A stretch of DNA of 64,000 nucleotides from Camelus dromedarius (Eukaryota). The stretch lies in assembly GCF_036321535.1 (NCBI RefSeq), contig NC_087454.1:19034001-19098000 (forward strand), given 5' to 3'. A program made the translations under genes and the position numbers. Below the pieces are notes generated by a model. It was not told the DNA's origin, made no database searches, and was given only the letters and a program-made list of their open reading frames with translations. Below, one piece after another: positions 62,401 to 64,000 of this stretch; position 1 is the first letter of the stretch, and each line of letters begins with the position of its first letter.

Positions 62401-62439
62401 AATATGTTAATGTGTTTTTTACCAAATAAATAAATAAAT

Positions 62440-63070
62440 GATTTTCAGGCTCAGATTGTTTTACAGGCAAGTTCTACCGATTTATTTAAAGAAAAAATAA
62501 CACAAATTTCACAAAATCTCTTTCAGGAAACAGAAGAGGAGGGAAACTTTCCAGCTCATTTCATGAGGCCAGTATTATCTTGACACTAAAACCAGATAAA
62601 AACAGTATATGGAAAGAAAACTACATACCAGCATCCTATATGAGCAGGAAAATTTGCAACAAAATATTAGTAAATATAATCCAGCAATACCTTTAAAAAG
62701 CTAATACAGCAGGACCAAGCGGGGTCCAGGGAATGCAAGCCTAGATCAATATTCAAAACACAATCAATAATCCTCCGTATTAGCAATTAAATAAGTGCTC
62801 GCCTTGGCAGCACATACACTAAAATTGGAATGACAGAGATTAGCATTGCCCCTGAGCAAGGATGACATACAAATTCGTGAAACGTTCCATATTTTTTTAA
62901 TTTAAAAAAAAATTAAAGAAGAAAGTCACATAAACATATCAGTAGCTGCAGAAAAGCATTTCACAAAATTCAACATGCATTCATAACAAACAAAAAAACT
63001 CTCAATAAACTAAGAACAGAAGGAAATTTTCCTAACTGATTGAAGGCATCTACAAAAAACCTACAGTTAA
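62440..63070 (+). mobile_element. L1 ORF2 fragment, host of the U6 copy
   Basis: cagaagaggagggaaactttcc...catgaggccagtattatc...gcagaaaagcatttcacaaaattcaac. Confidence 0.7.
62795..62896 (+). pseudogene. RNU6: U6 snRNA retrocopy
   Basis: gtgctcgccttggcagcacatacactaaaattggaatgacagagattagc...aaattcgtgaaacgttccatattttt. It has substitutions and small deletions around the ACAGAGA box, an A-tail and a TSD-like AATTAAA(T/G)AA at 62785-62794 and 62911-62920. Confidence 0.9.
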
Positions 63071-64000
63071 CATGGTTTGGTGCCAGAAAGTAAGGAAATG
63101 CTCAAAAATTGATGGGGACATGTCAAAAATTCACAGAACTCAACTTAAAGTCACTCCCAACAGTCAAACATAATACAGTTTGTGTAACAAAATAAATAAT
63201 CAGAGTAATAGAGAATAAAACAAACACATAGGAAGTCATTACTCATAAGAATAAATAAAATCAACAATAAATAAATAAGTAAATAAATAAGATGAAAGGA
63301 ATAGTTTCTCTGTTCAGTAAAATTCAAAATAATAAATATGGAAGAAATGATGGAAATAGTTTCCATTAGGCAAACATCCCAGAAATAATTTTTGTAGTCA
63401 AGAATTTGTAATGTTGGATGCTAAAATTGGTGGACAAAAGTACAGGTAATTTCTAGGGCAATGGGAATGCTGTATATCTTGAATGGGGTGGTGATTATCC
63501 AGGCATATACTCTGGTCAAAACTTATTAAACTATGTACTTAAACATATGCATTTTATTAGATATTAACTGGACTTCAATTAAGATGATTTTTTAAAAAGA
63601 CATGAGCTGCTGACACATGAAAAGACTTGGATGAATCTCAAAAGAATTATGCTGAGTGAAAGATGCCTGACCCAAAAGAGTACATATTATTTCATTCCAT
63701 TTGTATTAAGTCCGAAAAGAGGCAAAATTAAACTATGGGGATAGAAATCGTAATTGTGTTTACCTCTGGGCAGGGCTGTGGACAGGTATCAAGGAAAGAG
63801 GCAAGGGGGAAGGTGTGGAAATATTCTGTATCTTGACTGAGATCATAAAAATTCATCAAACTATACCCTTAAAATGTGTGTTTCTTATTGTATGCAAATT
63901 ATATCTTCATTTCAACAAGGAGAAAAGAAACAAAAAATAATGGAGTATTGAATGGTTCCAAAGAGGCTTGAGAAGAAAGGATGGGACACTCAAGGGATGG

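Noticed and set aside
62795-62896. Functional U6 snRNA gene
   Set aside because: Deletions flank the ACAGAGA box; it has an A-tail and TSD; no U6 promoter context is seen upstream.
1-64000. CRISPR arrays, rRNA, prokaryotic operons; the remaining short ORFs in the track
   Set aside because: No spaced direct repeats or rRNA are present. The DNA is mammalian, and the short ORFs map to repeats, antisense OR strands or random sequence.

Overview
This is mammalian genomic DNA, probably from a camelid (a Vic-1-type tRNA-derived SINE is present). It covers the olfactory receptor (OR) cluster of the extended MHC class I region around UBD (FAT10). Gene order: family-1 (OR1O-like) OR (+, ORF intact), degraded OR11A paralogue (-), OR12D-like (+), OR11A1 (-), degraded family-6/11-like OR (+), OR10C1 (+, frameshifted by a 4-bp duplication), a repeat-rich interval with four solo LTRs, a C2H2 zinc-finger relic and an ERV env remnant, then OR2I1 (+), UBD (-, two coding exons) and an OR2H gene (+). 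The best finding is that OR2I1, which looks N-terminally truncated in the ORF track, has its start codon on a separate upstream exon: ATG AAG|gtaggt at 45107-45112 splices to tttag|GCC at 47329, giving an intact 315-aa receptor. It has a CpG-island coding exon and lies tail-to-tail with the cytokine-inducible UBD gene. Other notable points are a GC-biased decay pattern in OR10C1, a MER41-like LTR with a STAT-type motif about 15 kb from the UBD promoter, and N-runs inside OR genes that match the homologous length exactly. Gene names come from my recollection of human and mouse orthologue sequences and from synteny, not from a database search. No prokaryotic features or CRISPR arrays are present.
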